DNA of 63,573 bases, filler included, from Choristocarpus tenellus KU-1152 (Eukaryota; Protista; Phaeophyceae): assembly GCA_964200185.2 (NCBI GenBank). It is 13 parts of 13 records of this genome, joined end to end, with 100 filler letters (N's around TTAATTAATTAA, not from the genome) between each part and the next. Parts side by side here need not be neighbours in the genome. Positions count along the whole stretch, not along the records: positions 60,996 to 63,573 come from CAXNAD020026605.1; 12 more parts are not named here. One strand, written 5' to 3'. Below, piece after piece: positions 63,378-63,573 of the stretch. The stretch's first letter is position 1; every line of letters begins with the position of its first letter. Made by a program: the position numbers and the translations under genes. The notes under the pieces were generated by a model. It was not told the origin of the DNA. It ran no database searches and was given only the letters and a program-made list of their open reading frames with translations.

Positions 63378-63573
63378 GGCTCAAAGTATCTGGAGGGGGG
63401 GGGTGGCGACTGTCCATTTGGGGTCAATTTTTTCATGTCGCCATTTTTGTATGATTTGGTTGCATATGTCTGATGGAATATGTAAACGCACTTTTCCTGA
63501 TTTTGACCCAAATGGACACCCTGGTGTAGAAGACCACCCCTCCCCCCCCCCCCCCCCCCCCCCACCCCAACCC
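63378..63573. mobile_element. MITE family A, running off the window end
   Basis: GGCTCAAAGTATCTGG left TIR and A-type interior. Confidence 0.9.

Overview
Eukaryotic nuclear DNA with intron-rich genes and many transposon remnants, scaffolded from 13 contigs joined by an artificial N/TTAATTAATTAA/N linker. An ochrophyte host such as a brown alga is my inference, from gene structure, a bipartite plastid-targeting-like N-terminus and the RTE/CRE/Copia content. Host genes: a short-chain dehydrogenase/reductase (minus, 6 exons visible), the 3' part of a RAD54-type SNF2 helicase (minus), the 3' part of an RNFT-type RING E3 ligase (plus), exons of an MscS-like channel (plus) and an unassigned spliced gene. 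Mobile DNA: two related Ty1/Copia copies, RTE and CRE-type LINE remnants, pogo and IS630/Tc1-like fragments, a 1.07-kb TA-flanked TIR element, and about 19 full or partial copies of related MITEs, most intact ones flanked by 4-bp target-site duplications. Main finding: 58.1-62.0 kb appears to hold a pseudogenised endogenous virophage. When frameshifts and stops are read through, remnants of all four virophage core genes can be recognised: penton, major capsid protein, packaging ATPase and maturation cysteine protease. The ORF track shows only fragments of it. All protein assignments are by-eye motif matches to remembered family consensus, not database searches.
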